This document shows positions 8,142 through 19,641 of a DNA stretch of 64,000 nucleotides, in pieces. The stretch's first letter is position 1; the number at the start of each line of letters is the position of its first letter. The notes under the pieces are model-generated. The model was not told the origin of the DNA. It saw only the letters and a list, made by a program, of their open reading frames with translations, and made no database searches. This stretch comes from Alphaproteobacteria bacterium (GTDB taxonomy: Bacteria > Pseudomonadota > Alphaproteobacteria > SP197): positions 544,001 to 608,000 of the forward strand of contig OZ219917.1 in the NCBI GenBank assembly GCA_964291415.2, in the 5' to 3' direction. Both the position numbers and the translations under genes were made by a program.

Positions 8142-9944
8142 TCAGTCGGCGAGCTTGAGGGCGGCGAGGAAGGCGTCCTGGGGGATCTCGACATTGCCGA
8201 ACTGGCGCATCCGCTTCTTCCCCCTCTTCTGGCGGTCGAGCAGCTTGCGCTTGCGGCTGACGTCGCCGCCATAGCACTTGGCCAGCACATCCTTGCGCAG
8301 GGCCGAGAGTGTCTCGCGGGCGACGATCCTGCCGCCGATGGCGGCCTGGATCGGCACCTTGAAGAGTTGCCGCGGGATGGCGTCCTTCAGTTTCTCGCAG
8401 ATCGCGCGGCCACGGGCTTCGGCCCGGCTGCGTTCGGCGATGAGGCTCAGACCGTCGACCTGCTCGCCGTTGACGAGGATGTCGATGCGCACGAGGTCGC
8501 CGGCGTGATAGCCGTCGAGATGGTAATCGAAACTCGCATAGCCGCTGGATACGGACTTGAGACGGTCGTGAAAATCGAAGACGACCTCGGCGAGCGGCAG
8601 GCGGTAGATCACCATCGCCCGGCCACCGGCATAGGTGAGGTCGACCTGTTCGCCACGTCTCGAGGTGACGAGGCGCAGCACCGAACCAAGATAGGTGTCG
8701 GGGACCATGATGGTGGCCCGGATCCACGGTTCCTCGATGACTTCGATCTCGGTCGGATCGGGAAGATCCGCCGGGTTGTGGAGGTCGAAGGTCTCCCCTG
8801 TCTTCCGCGTCACCCGGTAGACGACACTGGGGGCGGTGGCCAGGAGATCGAGGCCAAACTCGCGCTCGAGCCTCTCCTGGATGATCTCGAGGTGCAGGAC
8901 ACCGAGAAAGCCGCAGCGGAACCCGAAACCCAGGGCGGCCGAGTTTTCGGGCTCGAAGTGGAAACTGGCGTCGTTGAGCCTGAGTTTGCCGAGACTCTCG
9001 CGCAATTCGTTGTAGTCGCCCGAATCGGTGGTGAAGAGACCGCAGAAGACAACCGGCACGCTCGGTGCGAAGCCTTCGAGCGCGGTGGCCGTGGGCCGGC
9101 GGTCATCGGTGATGGTGTCACCGATCCGGCACTCGGCGATATCCTTGATCGCCGCGGTGATGAAGCCGATTTCGCCCGGACCAAGGGAGTCAACGAGGAC
9201 GGCCTTGGGCGTCATGATGCCCACCCGGTCGATTTCGCGCACCGCACCCGTCCCCAGCATCCTGATTCTCTGGCGCCTGGCGAGATGGCCGTCGAAGACT
9301 CGCACGAGGATGACGACGCCCAGATAGGGATCGTACCAGGAATCCACCAGAAGCGCCTTGAGAGGCCGGTCCTCCCCCTGGCTCGCCGGCGGTGGCAGGC
9401 GGGCGATGATGGCCCGGATCACCTCCGGCACATTGGTTCCGGCCTTGGCTGAGATGGGAACGGCGGCGCTGGCGTCTATGCCGATGGACTCCTCCACCTC
9501 GCGCCGGGTGCGTTCCGTATCGGCTGCCACCAGGTCGGTCTTGTTGATGACGGGGAGGATCTCGAGGTCCGCCTCGATCGCCAGGTACGCATTGGCAACC
9601 GTCTGTGCCTCGACCCCCTGTGTGGCATCGACGATGAGGATGGCGCCTTCGCAGGCCCGCATGCTGCGGCTGACCTCGTACGTGAAGTCGACATGACCCG
9701 GGGTATCGATGAGATTGATGAGCCAGGAGTCGCCGTCGTCATCGTCCCAGGTAAGGCGGACCGTCTGGGCCTTGATGGTGATGCCGCGTTCCCTCTCGAG
9801 ATCCATGGCATCGAGAACCTGGCCGCGCATTTCCCGCTCGTCCAGGCCGCCGCAGACCTCGATCAGACGATCGGCCAGGGTCGACTTGCCATGATCGATG
9901 TGGGCGACAATCGCGACATTCCGGATGTGATCGAGCTTCACCAT
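8142..9944 (-). CDS. lepA: Elongation factor 4 (LepA)
   Basis: [44 protein letters not shown]. Confidence 0.98.
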   Translation of the reverse strand: MVKLDHIRNVAIVAHIDHGKSTLADRLIEVCGGLDEREMRGQVLDAMDLERERGITIKAQTVRLTWDDDDGDSWLINLIDTPGHVDFTYEVSRSMRACEGAILIVDATQGVEAQTVANAYLAIEADLEILPVINKTDLVAADTERTRREVEESIGIDASAAVPISAKAGTNVPEVIRAIIARLPPPASQGEDRPLKALLVDSWYDPYLGVVILVRVFDGHLARRQRIRMLGTGAVREIDRVGIMTPKAVLVDSLGPGEIGFITAAIKDIAECRIGDTITDDRRPTATALEGFAPSVPVVFCGLFTTDSGDYNELRESLGKLRLNDASFHFEPENSAALGFGFRCGFLGVLHLEIIQERLEREFGLDLLATAPSVVYRVTRKTGETFDLHNPADLPDPTEIEVIEEPWIRATIMVPDTYLGSVLRLVTSRRGEQVDLTYAGGRAMVIYRLPLAEVVFDFHDRLKSVSSGYASFDYHLDGYHAGDLVRIDILVNGEQVDGLSLIAERSRAEARGRAICEKLKDAIPRQLFKVPIQAAIGGRIVARETLSALRKDVLAKCYGGDVSRKRKLLDRQKRGKKRMRQFGNVEIPQDAFLAALKLAD

Positions 9945-9947
9945 GGG

Positions 9948-12347
9948 TCATTGCGCACGCAGGGTCCCGCCGGTGCGCTTGCGTACGGCCTCGACGATGC
10001 GTCCGGAGAGGGCCTCGATCTCGTTCTCGGTCAGGCTTGCCTCTTCGGGCTGGAAGGTCACGGCTACGGCCAGCGAGACCTTGCCGTCGGCAATTCCGGA
10101 CCCGGTATAGCGATCGAAGACCTCCACGTCCTGGATGAGGGTCCTCGCCGTGCCGGCGATGGCGCGCAGCACCCGGGAGGCAGGCACGTCCGAATCGACA
10201 AGGAAGGCGAAGTCGCGGCGCACCGGCTGGAAACGCGACAGGCGGAGGTCCGGACGCGCCGGCGACCGGGTTCGCGGTCGGGGCAGTGCCTCGAGATGGA
10301 GTTCGAAGACAACGGCAGGGCCGGCAACGTCGAGGGAACGGAGAATCTCCGGATGCACCTCGCCGAAGGAAGCAAGGGCATTGGGTCCGAGTCTGAGGAC
10401 CCCTGAACGCCCGGGGTGAAACCACGTCTCGGCGTCGGCTGTCGTGTCGAGTCGAACGGTCGGGACGCCCATCGCGTCAAGAATCGCCACGGCATCGGCC
10501 TTGGCATCGAAAGCGTCGACATCCCGGTCGCCACCGCACCAGTGTCGTGGTCCGGTGCGCCCTGTTCTCAGTCCGGCGATGGCCGTCTTCTGGTCCCGGA
10601 TGTCATGGTAGACGGGGCCGATCTCGAAGAGGGCGGGATCCCGCAACCCTCTCGCCTGGTTGCGCGCCGCCGCCTCGAGGAGGCCGGGGATCAGGGAGGG
10701 ACGCATCGCCGACATGTCCGAAGAGATCGGATTGACCAGTTCCAGTCCGTCATTGCCGCCGCCAAACATGCGGGCCCTGGCCGAGGCGATGAAGGAGTAG
10801 GTGACCGCTTCGTCGAGACCTTTCGCCGCGAGGATCCGACGGGCCCGGCGCAGTCTCTTCTGCCCGGACGAGAGGGCATCGCGCGGGATGCCGCCGGACC
10901 GCGGCAGCGTGGCCATCGGGATCTCGTCGAATCCGTGAATGCGCAGGATCTCCTCGATGACGTCCGGTTCGCACTCCATGTCATGACGCCATGACGGCAC
11001 GGTGACGGACCAGGCATCCTGGCCTGCCGCGCGGACCGCAAAGCCGAGGTCGTCGAGTATGGATGAGGCGCGGTCTTCCGGAATGTCGATGCCTCCCAGC
11101 GAACGGACCCGCGACGGGCGCACGTCCATCACCTGGCGTGCCACCGGAACCGAACCTGCGGTCACAACGTGACTCGCCTCGCCGCCGCAGATCTCCAGGA
11201 TCAGGCGGGTCGCGATCTCCATGCTCGCGGGCGCGAAGGCATCGTCGATGCCCCGCTCGAAGCGCTGGCGGGCATCGCTCACCAGGTTGAGCTTGCGGCC
11301 GGTGGCCGCCGTGCGCAGCGGATCGAAGAGGGCGATCTCGAGAAAGCCCTCGCTTGTCGTTTCGTCGGCCCCGGTTCCCGTGCCGCCGATGACACCGCCG
11401 AGTCCCAGCATCCCGGACGAATCGAAGATGACGGTCATCTCGTCATCAGGCTCGTATACCTTGCCGTCGAGGGCCTCGAAGCTCTCGCCCGGGCGTGCCA
11501 GCCTCGCACCGATCGGTCCGTTGACCTTGCGGGCATCGTAGATGTGCGCCGGGCGTCCGATATCCAGCGTGAGCCAGTTGGTGATGTCGACGAGCGCGGT
11601 GATGGGACGCAGGCCGACGGCTTCGAGTTTCCGGCGCATCCAATCCGGACTCGGACCGTTCGCGAGCCCCCGGAAGTGGCGGCCCAGGAAGGCCGGACAG
11701 GCGTCCTCAATGCCGGGTGCGAAGTCGAGTTCGATGGCAAGGGGGCTGTCATAGGTTCCCGGACAAGGTGCCGTGTCGAGGGGCAGGAGTTTCCCGAGAC
11801 CGGCTGCGGCGAGATCCCGGGCGATGCCGCGCACGCCGAAGCAATCGCCCCTGTCGGGGGTCACGGAAAGATCGATGACGGGATCGTCGAGGCCGGCGAC
11901 GGCGGCAAAGGAGGTTCCGACCGGTGTCTCAACGGGCAACTCGATGATCCCCTCGTGTTCGTCGGAAAGGCCCAGTTCGCGCTCCGAACAGAGCATGCCG
12001 CGACTCTCGACGCCCCTGATCACGGTGTTCTTGAGGTCGAGACCGGTTCCCGGGATGTGGCTGCCGGACGGCGCGAAGACACCCACCATGCCGGCCCGCG
12101 CGTTGGGTGCGCCGCAGACCACCTGGATTTGCGCATCCGCCGTTTCGACCAGGCACACCCGAAGCCTCTCGGCGTCGGGATGGGGTTCTGCGGACACCAC
12201 GCGCCCGGCCGTGAAGGGAGCGAGTTCAGGTGAACGGTCCTCGACCCCTTCGACCTCGAGGCCGATGCGGTTGAGCGTTGCGACAATCTCGTCGAGCGAA
12301 GCGCTCGTTTCGAGATGCCGTTTCAGCCATGCGAGCGTCAGTTTCAT
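9948..12347 (-). CDS. pheT: Phenylalanine--tRNA ligase beta subunit
   Basis: MKLTLAWLK, VVCGAPNA, IRGVESRGMLCS, RFERGID, RRDFAF; 799 aa. Confidence 0.97.
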   Translation of the reverse strand: MKLTLAWLKRHLETSASLDEIVATLNRIGLEVEGVEDRSPELAPFTAGRVVSAEPHPDAERLRVCLVETADAQIQVVCGAPNARAGMVGVFAPSGSHIPGTGLDLKNTVIRGVESRGMLCSERELGLSDEHEGIIELPVETPVGTSFAAVAGLDDPVIDLSVTPDRGDCFGVRGIARDLAAAGLGKLLPLDTAPCPGTYDSPLAIELDFAPGIEDACPAFLGRHFRGLANGPSPDWMRRKLEAVGLRPITALVDITNWLTLDIGRPAHIYDARKVNGPIGARLARPGESFEALDGKVYEPDDEMTVIFDSSGMLGLGGVIGGTGTGADETTSEGFLEIALFDPLRTAATGRKLNLVSDARQRFERGIDDAFAPASMEIATRLILEICGGEASHVVTAGSVPVARQVMDVRPSRVRSLGGIDIPEDRASSILDDLGFAVRAAGQDAWSVTVPSWRHDMECEPDVIEEILRIHGFDEIPMATLPRSGGIPRDALSSGQKRLRRARRILAAKGLDEAVTYSFIASARARMFGGGNDGLELVNPISSDMSAMRPSLIPGLLEAAARNQARGLRDPALFEIGPVYHDIRDQKTAIAGLRTGRTGPRHWCGGDRDVDAFDAKADAVAILDAMGVPTVRLDTTADAETWFHPGRSGVLRLGPNALASFGEVHPEILRSLDVAGPAVVFELHLEALPRPRTRSPARPDLRLSRFQPVRRDFAFLVDSDVPASRVLRAIAGTARTLIQDVEVFDRYTGSGIADGKVSLAVAVTFQPEEASLTENEIEALSGRIVEAVRKRTGGTLRAQ

Positions 12348-12378
12348 GGTGCAGGCAGCGTCAGGTAGAGCGTGGCGG

Positions 12379-13458
12379 TCATGGCGTCAGTCCGCCATAG
12401 AGGGTGGGCACGTCGAGCGGCCTGAATCCGTAGTGACGCAGCCAGCGCAGATCGGCATCGAAGAAACCGCGCAGATCCGGAATGGCGTACTTCAGCATGG
12501 CGAGGCGGTCGATTCCGAGACCAAAGGCGAAGCCCTGCCACGCCTCCGGGTCCACGCCGCCGTTGGCGAGCACACGGGGATGCACCATGCCGCTTCCGAG
12601 AATCTCCATCCAGCCTGCGCCTTCGCCAATGGTGAGTCGGTCGCCGGAGAAGGAACAGCCGATGTCCACCTCCATGGACGGAGACGTGAAGGGAAAATAG
12701 CTCGGCCGGAAGCGCATCGGCACATCATCGACGCCGAAGAAGGCCTCGACAAACTGACGCAGACAGCCCTTGAGATGACCCATGTGAATGGCCCGCTCGA
12801 TCACCAGGCCCTCGACCTGGTGGAACATGGGCGTGTGGGTGAGATCGCTGTCGCTTCTGTAGGTGCGGCCCGGAGCGATGATACGGATGGGTGGCGCGTT
12901 CTCCAGCATGTGGCGGATCTGCACCGGAGAGGTGTGGGTGCGCAGCACGGGCCGGGCTCCGTCGTCGACAGGCGGCAGGTAGAAAGTGTCGTGCTCCTGG
13001 CGCGCCGGATGTTCCTCCGGAATGTTGAGGGCGGTGAAATTGAACCAGTCGTCCTCGATGTCGGGACCCTCGGCCACCGTGAAACCCATGTCGGCAAGGA
13101 TGGCGATGATTTCGTCGGTTGCCTGGCTGACGGGGTGCACCGTGCCGTCGGATGCGGGTCGTTCCGGGAGTGTGACATCGATGCGTTCGGCCTCGAGACG
13201 GGCTTCGAGGCGCGCGCGGTCGAGTTCCTCCCGGCGCCGGTCGATGGCGGACTGAAGGTCGTTCTTTGCGGTATTCAGCTCCTGACCGGCCTGGCGCCTC
13301 GCTTGCGGATCCAGGGCGCCAAGTCCCTTCATCAGGAGCGTGACCGAGCCCTTGCGTCCCAGTGCGGCGACACGGATGGCATCAAGTCGGGCGGTGTCCC
13401 CGGCACCGGCTATGGCGTCGAGGGTGTCGTTGAGAATGGTGGCGATGCGGTCGTTCAT
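12379..13458 (-). CDS. pheS: Phenylalanine--tRNA ligase alpha subunit
   Basis: [44 protein letters not shown]. Confidence 0.97.
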   Translation of the reverse strand: MNDRIATILNDTLDAIAGAGDTARLDAIRVAALGRKGSVTLLMKGLGALDPQARRQAGQELNTAKNDLQSAIDRRREELDRARLEARLEAERIDVTLPERPASDGTVHPVSQATDEIIAILADMGFTVAEGPDIEDDWFNFTALNIPEEHPARQEHDTFYLPPVDDGARPVLRTHTSPVQIRHMLENAPPIRIIAPGRTYRSDSDLTHTPMFHQVEGLVIERAIHMGHLKGCLRQFVEAFFGVDDVPMRFRPSYFPFTSPSMEVDIGCSFSGDRLTIGEGAGWMEILGSGMVHPRVLANGGVDPEAWQGFAFGLGIDRLAMLKYAIPDLRGFFDADLRWLRHYGFRPLDVPTLYGGLTP

Positions 13459-13479
13459 GAGAGGGGTCCAAACAGCACA

Positions 13480-13503
13480 AAGGGGCCTCGGAGGAGGCCC
13501 CTT
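13480..13503 (-). terminator. Hairpin/intrinsic terminator after rplT
   Basis: AAGGGGCCTC-GGAG-GAGGCCCCTT perfect 10-bp stem; short U tract on minus strand. Confidence 0.6.
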
Positions 13504-13540
13504 CGCCGGTCAGGTTCTGGTCCGTCAGTCTGTCTGTCGA

Positions 13541-13906
13541 TCAGGCAGCGCTGGAGACCGCCGAGCGGGCCTCGTCACACAACTTGCTAAACGATGCGGG
13601 TTCCCGTGCCGCAAGGTCGGCCAGGATCTTGCGGTCAAGGTCGACTCCGGCAAGCTTGAGACCGTGCATGAATTGCCCGTAGGTGAGGCCGTGCTGCCTC
13701 GCTCCCGCGTTGATGCGCTGGATCCACAGGCGGCGGAAATCGCGCTTGCGCGTGCGGCGGTCACGATAGGCGTACTGCAGGCCCTTCTCGAGACGCATCA
13801 GGGCCACGGAATAGCAGCTGTTGGCGCGACCCCGGTACCCCCTGGTCTGCTTGAGAACTTTCTTGTGACGTGCGTGGGACGTCGTCCCGCGTTTGACTCT
13901 GGCCAT
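13541..13906 (-). CDS. rplT: 50S ribosomal protein L20
   Basis: [29 protein letters not shown]. Confidence 0.98.
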   Translation of the reverse strand: MARVKRGTTSHARHKKVLKQTRGYRGRANSCYSVALMRLEKGLQYAYRDRRTRKRDFRRLWIQRINAGARQHGLTYGQFMHGLKLAGVDLDRKILADLAAREPASFSKLCDEARSAVSSAA

Positions 13907-13933
13907 CGTTCAACGTGTCCGGTCTGGTGTGTG

Positions 13934-14131
13934 TCAGCCGCCGGCCAGCAGACGGCGGATCATCTTCCCGTCTGCCGGGCTTACCCCCGTCGTGCCGCGC
14001 GTGGTCCTCAGGAACCTCTTCGTCCGGCGGCGCATGAAGTGGCGCTTGCCGGCAAAGTTGCGGCGCAACTTGCCGCTTCCGGTCGTCGAGAACCGCTTCT
14101 TCACCGAACTTTTGGACTTGAGCTTCGGCAT
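13934..14131 (-). CDS. rpmI: 50S ribosomal protein L35
   Basis: MPKLKSKSSVKKRF...GKRH; between infC and rplT. Confidence 0.95.
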   Translation of the reverse strand: MPKLKSKSSVKKRFSTTGSGKLRRNFAGKRHFMRRRTKRFLRTTRGTTGVSPADGKMIRRLLAGG

Positions 14132-14215
14132 CGCACCAATCCGGTCTCCGTCAGGGAATGACCCCACTGAGGGGAACGCCGTCATACTCTCTTGCCCGGG
14201 GTAATTCAAGGGGCG

Positions 14216-14755
14216 CTACTTCGGCGCCATCACCATGATCATCTGGCGCCCTTCCATGCGCGGCATCATTTCGATCTTGGCGAGTTCCTGCGCCTCGTCC
14301 CGGATGCGCTCGAGAAGGTTCCTGCCGATCTCCGGATGGGCGAGTTCGCGGCCGCGGAAACGGATGGTGACCTTCACCTTGTCCCCGTCACCGATGAACC
14401 GGGCAAGGGCGCGCATCTTCACGCCGTAGTCGTGATCATCGATGTTGGGGCGCATCTTGATTTCCTTGACGTCGAAGGTCTTCTGGCGCTTGCGCGCCTC
14501 ATTGGCCTTCTTTTGCGCCTCGTACTTGTACTTCCCGTAATCAAGCAGCTTGCAGACCGGCGGATCGGCGTTGGGAGACACCTCGACGAGATCGAGGCCG
14601 GAATCCTCTGCGGCTCTCAGTGCTGCCTGGAGAGTGACGACACCCACCTGCGCTCCGTCGGCTGAAATGAGCCGGACGCTGGGCGCCATGATGTCCTCGT
14701 TGGCCCGCGGTCCCGACTTGACAGGCGGGGCCATGTTTTGTCCGTAGCGTGCTAT
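14216..14755 (-). CDS. infC: Translation initiation factor IF-3 (probable ATA start)
   Basis: [35 protein letters not shown]; GAGGAG RBS 8 nt before in-frame ATA at 14755. Confidence 0.95.
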   Translation of the reverse strand: MARYGQNMAPPVKSGPRANEDIMAPSVRLISADGAQVGVVTLQAALRAAEDSGLDLVEVSPNADPPVCKLLDYGKYKYEAQKKANEARKRQKTFDVKEIKMRPNIDDHDYGVKMRALARFIGDGDKVKVTIRFRGRELAHPEIGRNLLERIRDEAQELAKIEMMPRMEGRQMIMVMAPK

Positions 14756-14775
14756 GTAACCAACTCCTCGCGTTA

Positions 14776-16722
14776 TCAGGTCTTTCGGGCAAGATCCGGC
14801 GGAACGGATTGTGCGCCGAGTGTATGGATGGCGGCGTCAAGATCAAGGACTTGCTGCTCCTTGCTGCCGAGTCGGCGCAGCGAAACCTTGCGTTCCTCCT
14901 TCTCGCGCCGACCGAGGGCAAGGAGCACCGGCACCTTCGATACCGAATGCCGCCGTACCTTGTAGCCGATCTTCTCTGATCCGGTATCGATGACGCCGGC
15001 GAGTCCGGCGGCCGCGAGGCGTGAGTGCACCTCTTCGGCATAGTCATCGGCATCGTTGGTGATGGTCGCCACGGCATACTGGACCGGCGCCAGCCACAGC
15101 GGGAAGTTCCCGGCGTAGTGTTCGATCAGGATGGCGATGAAGCGCTCGAACGAGCCGAGTATCGCGCGATGCAGCAACACCGGGCGGCGCCGTTCGCCAT
15201 TCTCCGCGACATAGGTGGCATTGAGCCGTTCGGGCAGGACAAAATCCACCTGCAGGGTGCCGCACTGCCAGTCACGGCCGATGGCATCACGCAGATGGAA
15301 CTCCAGCTTCGGACCATAGAAGGCACCCTCACCCGGATTGTAGGACATCTCCAGTCCCGTGCCTGATGCCGCCTCGCGGAGCGCCTCTTCCGCCTGATCC
15401 CATACGGCATCGTCGCCGGCGCGCACCGCCGGGCGGTCGGCGAACCGGACCGAAAACTCGGCAAATCCGAGATCACGGTAGACCGATTCCAGCAGCTCGC
15501 AGAAACGGACGGTCTCGGAGGCGACCTCTTCCTCCGTGCAGAAGATATGCGCATCGTCCTGGGTGAAGGAGCGGACGCGCAACAGTCCATGGAGGGCGCC
15601 GGAAGGTTCGTAGCGCAGGCAGGAGCCGAACTCGGCCATGCGCAGCGGCAGGTCACGGTAGCTCCTCACTCCCTGGCGGAAGATCTGCACGTGACAGGGG
15701 CAGTTCATCGGCTTCATGGCCCAGATGCGTTCGTCTTCCGTGGTCGCCGTGAACATGTTTTCGCGGAACTTTTCCCAGTGACCGGAATCCTCCCACAATG
15801 ACCGCGCCACCATCTGCGGCGTGTTGACTTCCTGGTAGCCGGCGTCCTCGAGACGACGGCGCATGTAGTCCTGGAGGGTACGGTAGAGGCGCCAGCCGGA
15901 GGCATGCCAGAAGGCCGAGCCGACAGCCTCGTCCTGGAAATGAAAGAGATCCATCTCGCGCCCGAGACGCCGGTGGTCGCGCCTCGCGGCCTCCTCGAGG
16001 CGGTCCAGCCAGGCCTTCAGCTGCGCCTTGTCGGGCCAGGCCGTGCCGTAGATGCGTTGCAGCATCGCATTGCGGCTGTCGCCCCTCCAGTAGGCTCCGG
16101 CGAGGCGCGTGAGACGAAAGGCCTTCGGCAGTCTTCCCGTGGACGGAAGGTGCGGCCCCCGGCACAGGTCGATCCAGTCGCCCTGCCGGTAGAGCGTGAT
16201 GGTCTCGTCGACAGGAAGGTCGCGGATGATTTCCGCCTTGTAGGCCTCGCCGATGGACTCGAAGAAGCGCGCCGCCTCGTCGCGGTCCCAGACTTCGCGG
16301 CTGATCGGTTCATCGCGGTCAACGATTTCCATCATCCGGGCCTCGATGGCCTCCATGTCTGCGGGCGTGAACGGTTCGTCGCGGGCGAAGTCGTAGTAGA
16401 ATCCGTCGTCTATCACCGGTCCGATCGTCACCTGGACCTCGGGAAAGAGTTCCTTCGCCGCCTGTGCCAGCACATGGGCGGCATCGTGGCGCAGCAGTTC
16501 GAGGGCCTCCGCCGACCTTGATGTCACGATCTCGACGACTGCATCGTGCTCGATTTCCCTGCCAAGGTCGCGCAGGTCACCGTCGACCTTCACCGCCCAG
16601 GCAGCCCGCGCCAGACCGTGGCCGATGGATGCCGCCACGTCCGCACCGGTAACCGGAGAGGCGTACGTGCGGCTGGAACCGTCAGGCAGCGTGACGTCGA
16701 TGGTTCCCGGGCTGATGTTCAT
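14776..16722 (-). CDS. thrS: Threonine--tRNA ligase
   Basis: ITLPDG-like TGS start, [37 protein letters not shown]; ATG 16722 overlaps upstream stop. Confidence 0.97.
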   Translation of the reverse strand: MNISPGTIDVTLPDGSSRTYASPVTGADVAASIGHGLARAAWAVKVDGDLRDLGREIEHDAVVEIVTSRSAEALELLRHDAAHVLAQAAKELFPEVQVTIGPVIDDGFYYDFARDEPFTPADMEAIEARMMEIVDRDEPISREVWDRDEAARFFESIGEAYKAEIIRDLPVDETITLYRQGDWIDLCRGPHLPSTGRLPKAFRLTRLAGAYWRGDSRNAMLQRIYGTAWPDKAQLKAWLDRLEEAARRDHRRLGREMDLFHFQDEAVGSAFWHASGWRLYRTLQDYMRRRLEDAGYQEVNTPQMVARSLWEDSGHWEKFRENMFTATTEDERIWAMKPMNCPCHVQIFRQGVRSYRDLPLRMAEFGSCLRYEPSGALHGLLRVRSFTQDDAHIFCTEEEVASETVRFCELLESVYRDLGFAEFSVRFADRPAVRAGDDAVWDQAEEALREAASGTGLEMSYNPGEGAFYGPKLEFHLRDAIGRDWQCGTLQVDFVLPERLNATYVAENGERRRPVLLHRAILGSFERFIAILIEHYAGNFPLWLAPVQYAVATITNDADDYAEEVHSRLAAAGLAGVIDTGSEKIGYKVRRHSVSKVPVLLALGRREKEERKVSLRRLGSKEQQVLDLDAAIHTLGAQSVPPDLARKT

Positions 16723-17678
16723 GCCTTCAGGGTTTCCGGCGGTGAGCGATGCCATACATGGAGGCTGTGCAGGGCTTGTGCAACCTCTTCCGGAGCAAGA
16801 TCGTCGAGCGCGTCGCGGCGCAGCACCGTCACGCGCGGACCGTGGGGTCGTGAAAGCGCCGGGTCGGATGCCCTTGAGAACAGAACGGCGCAGGCGCAGC
16901 CGGTCGTGGCGGCGATATGCATTGGCCCCGTATCGTTGCCGACGGCGAAAACCGCGTGACGCGCCAGGGCAACGATCTCCTCGAGACTGGTTCGTCCCAT
17001 CATGTTGACGATGGCGGGATCGGTGGCGGCAATCCGTTCGAGGACATCGGCTTCGTGCGGACTGCCGATGAGCAGGGGCGTGATGCCGCGCTCGAGCATG
17101 AGGCGGGCGAGAGTGGAAAAGTGCGCGGCCGGCCATCTCTTTTCCGGACGGTGCGGCGCACAGCCGGGCACCATCAGCGCCGTGTGGCCGACGGGCATGC
17201 CGGCGGGTGGCGGAGTGCGAATCATCGACAGGTCGGGAGGCAGGATCCGCGGTACGCCGGCGCGGCGCAATTGACGTGCATGACGCTCGACGGGGTGGTG
17301 CCGCACGAGTTCGCGGCGATGGTTATGGAGGGTACAGCCACGGGCCACACCCGACCACTCGGGCCGTGGCCGCCGCAGCAGATGGTAGTAGGCGCAAGTG
17401 CGATCGGAGATCTGCAGATCGTAGACGCGCTCGAATGCGCCGGAATCGAGACGTCTCTTGTGAGCCAGGATGCCGGCCGGCTTCCACCACACCGGCCGCC
17501 GGTCGATCCAGACTTCGTCGAACCAGCCGCCGGCGCGGCCAAGGCCGGCATAGGCCGGGCGTGTCAGAAGCACGATGTGGGCGGTGTCGTGGAAGGCGCG
17601 GATCGATGCGAAGGCGCCGCTGGCCATGACGAAGTCCCCGAGGGCTCCAAGCCTGATGACGAGAATCCTTCCCGTCAT
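16719..17678 (-). CDS. Glycosyltransferase family 9 (heptosyltransferase-like)
   Basis: [27 protein letters not shown] motifs. Confidence 0.9.
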   Translation of the reverse strand: MTGRILVIRLGALGDFVMASGAFASIRAFHDTAHIVLLTRPAYAGLGRAGGWFDEVWIDRRPVWWKPAGILAHKRRLDSGAFERVYDLQISDRTCAYYHLLRRPRPEWSGVARGCTLHNHRRELVRHHPVERHARQLRRAGVPRILPPDLSMIRTPPPAGMPVGHTALMVPGCAPHRPEKRWPAAHFSTLARLMLERGITPLLIGSPHEADVLERIAATDPAIVNMMGRTSLEEIVALARHAVFAVGNDTGPMHIAATTGCACAVLFSRASDPALSRPHGPRVTVLRRDALDDLAPEEVAQALHSLHVWHRSPPETLKA

Positions 17679-18823
17679 GGCGGGGCGGTCAGTTCCCGAT
17701 AGACCTCAAGGGTGGCGTTGCACATGTTGCCGAGGGCGAAATGCGACACCGCATGGGCCCTGGCGATCGCTGCATACCTGATGCGCGCCTCGGCATCGAG
17801 ATCCAGAGCCGTGTTCAATGCCCCGGCCAGGGCGCCGGCGTCGCCCGAGGGCGTCAGCCATCCGGTCACGCCCTGGCGGACGGTTTCGCTGGTGGCGCCG
17901 GTGTCGGACGCAACGACGGGAACGCCCATGGCCTGCGCCTCGACAGCGACGCGCCCGAACCCCTCCGGAAAGAGGGAGGGCTGCACGACGACATCGGCGA
18001 GACGGTAGGCTGCCGGCATGTCGTGACAGCTGTCGATGAGTGTCACCCGCCCCTCGAGGCCGGCCTCGAGAATGCGGTTCTCGATTTCCCGGCGCAGTGC
18101 GGGACGGGCACCGGCCACACCCACCATCAGGCACATGGCGTCGCGGCTCAACTGCTTGAGGGCGTCGATCATGACGTGGTGACCCTTGAGCCGTGTCAGG
18201 CGTCCGGGAAGCATGATGATGGGAACGCCATCCGGCAGATTCCAGTAGTCCGCCAGGGTGGTGATGCGGTCAATGCTCACAGCCGCCGGGTCGAACCGAG
18301 CCATGTCGATACCGCGGAAGATGCAGCGCAGCCGGTCCTCCGGGACTCCGTACTCCTCGCGCACGTGACGGGCCACGTATCCGGAGATGGCGATCACCCG
18401 GTCGCCGCGCGCCATCACGGAGTTGTAGAGCCGCTTGGCCCTGGAGTTGACCGTGTAGGGGGCATGGAATGTGGTGACGATCGGTGTTCCCGTGCGCCGC
18501 GCCGCAGCCAGTGCGGACCAGGCTGGCGCCCTGGAACGGACATGAATGACGTTGACTTGATGAATGCGGATCAGGTGGATGAGGCGCAAGGTGTTGAGAG
18601 CGATGGTCAGGGGATTCTTGGAGGCGACGGGCATTGCGACATGAACGGCCTTGGTGTGCAGCAGATCAGGCACGAGCTCGCCCCCCTGAGAGGTGACGAG
18701 GGACTGCATGCCGGCGGCGTTGAGCGCCCGCGAGATATCGATGACGGCACGTTCGGCGCCGCCGATCTTGAGTTGCGGAATGACCTGGAGAACGACAAGA
18801 GAGCCGTCGGGACGCTCAATCAT
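17675..18823 (-). CDS. Glycosyltransferase family 4
   Basis: GGAER, HVRSRAPAWS, PEGFGRVAVEAQAMG (EX7E). Confidence 0.9.
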   Translation of the reverse strand: MIERPDGSLVVLQVIPQLKIGGAERAVIDISRALNAAGMQSLVTSQGGELVPDLLHTKAVHVAMPVASKNPLTIALNTLRLIHLIRIHQVNVIHVRSRAPAWSALAAARRTGTPIVTTFHAPYTVNSRAKRLYNSVMARGDRVIAISGYVARHVREEYGVPEDRLRCIFRGIDMARFDPAAVSIDRITTLADYWNLPDGVPIIMLPGRLTRLKGHHVMIDALKQLSRDAMCLMVGVAGARPALRREIENRILEAGLEGRVTLIDSCHDMPAAYRLADVVVQPSLFPEGFGRVAVEAQAMGVPVVASDTGATSETVRQGVTGWLTPSGDAGALAGALNTALDLDAEARIRYAAIARAHAVSHFALGNMCNATLEVYRELTAPP

Positions 18824-18870
18824 GGTATAGAGACACCTGCCGCTTGCACCAAGCAACCATGGTATAGGCC

Positions 18871-19641
18871 ATGCCGGATACAGATACGAGATGGCTCGAG
18901 CGCGACGACGGGATCGCTCTCGCCTACGCCCGCCGCACCGGCACCCGTCCGGGGGTGGTGTTTCTCGGTGGCTATGCCTCGGACATGTCGGGGACGAAGG
19001 CGACGTGGCTCGAGGAACGGTGTCGCCGCCGCGGGCGTTCCTTTCTGCGCTTCGATTACAGTGGTCACGGCCAGTCGAGTGGCCGTTTCGAGGATGGCAC
19101 CATCGGCGCCTGGACAGCGGATGCCCTGGCGGTTCTCGATTCCCTGACCGAAGGGCCCCAGATCCTGGTCGGTTCCAGCATGGGTGGCTGGATCATGCTG
19201 AACGTGGCCTTGGCGCGTCCCCGGCGCGTGGCCGCTCTCGTCGGCATTGCCGCAGCGCCCGACTTCTCGCAGGACATCTTCTGGAGCCTCTCGACCGAAG
19301 AGCAGGGGCTGCTGCAGCGGGCCGGTGCCATCACGGTCGAGGAAGGAGACGGCAGTTACACGGTGACCCGCGGCTTCATCGAGGAGGCGCGCCGTCACCT
19401 CGTGATGCGCCGCTCCATTGCCATCGATGTGCCGGTGCGGCTGATCCATGGCATGAGGGACTCCTCGGTGAGGTGGTCGCTCGCCCTCGACCTCGCCGCC
19501 AGGCTGGCGACGGACGACGTTCGCGTCCACCTGGTCAAGGATGGTGATCACCGCTTGTCGCGTGAACCGGATCTTATGCTGCTCGGCCGGACACTCGACG
19601 GGCTCGAGGACGCCGCCAGCGCCGCCAGCCCCTCGCGATAG
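18871..19641 (+). CDS. Alpha/beta hydrolase (ABHD10-like)
   Basis: RFDYSGHGQS, GSSMGG nucleophile elbow, DGDHRLS. Confidence 0.88.
   Translation: MPDTDTRWLERDDGIALAYARRTGTRPGVVFLGGYASDMSGTKATWLEERCRRRGRSFLRFDYSGHGQSSGRFEDGTIGAWTADALAVLDSLTEGPQILVGSSMGGWIMLNVALARPRRVAALVGIAAAPDFSQDIFWSLSTEEQGLLQRAGAITVEEGDGSYTVTRGFIEEARRHLVMRRSIAIDVPVRLIHGMRDSSVRWSLALDLAARLATDDVRVHLVKDGDHRLSREPDLMLLGRTLDGLEDAASAASPSR

Noticed and set aside
14776-17136. Apparent long N-terminal extensions on thrS (and on trpA, trpF, pyrF, folC, cmk, rpsA, lapA) in the ORF track
   Set aside because: Artefacts of taking the most upstream start; homology and RBS or stop-start overlaps indicate the shorter starts used here.
19548-19641. 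94-bp convergent overlap between the hydrolase and epimerase genes
   Set aside because: 3' overlaps from stop-codon drift are common in GC-rich genomes; no sign of function.
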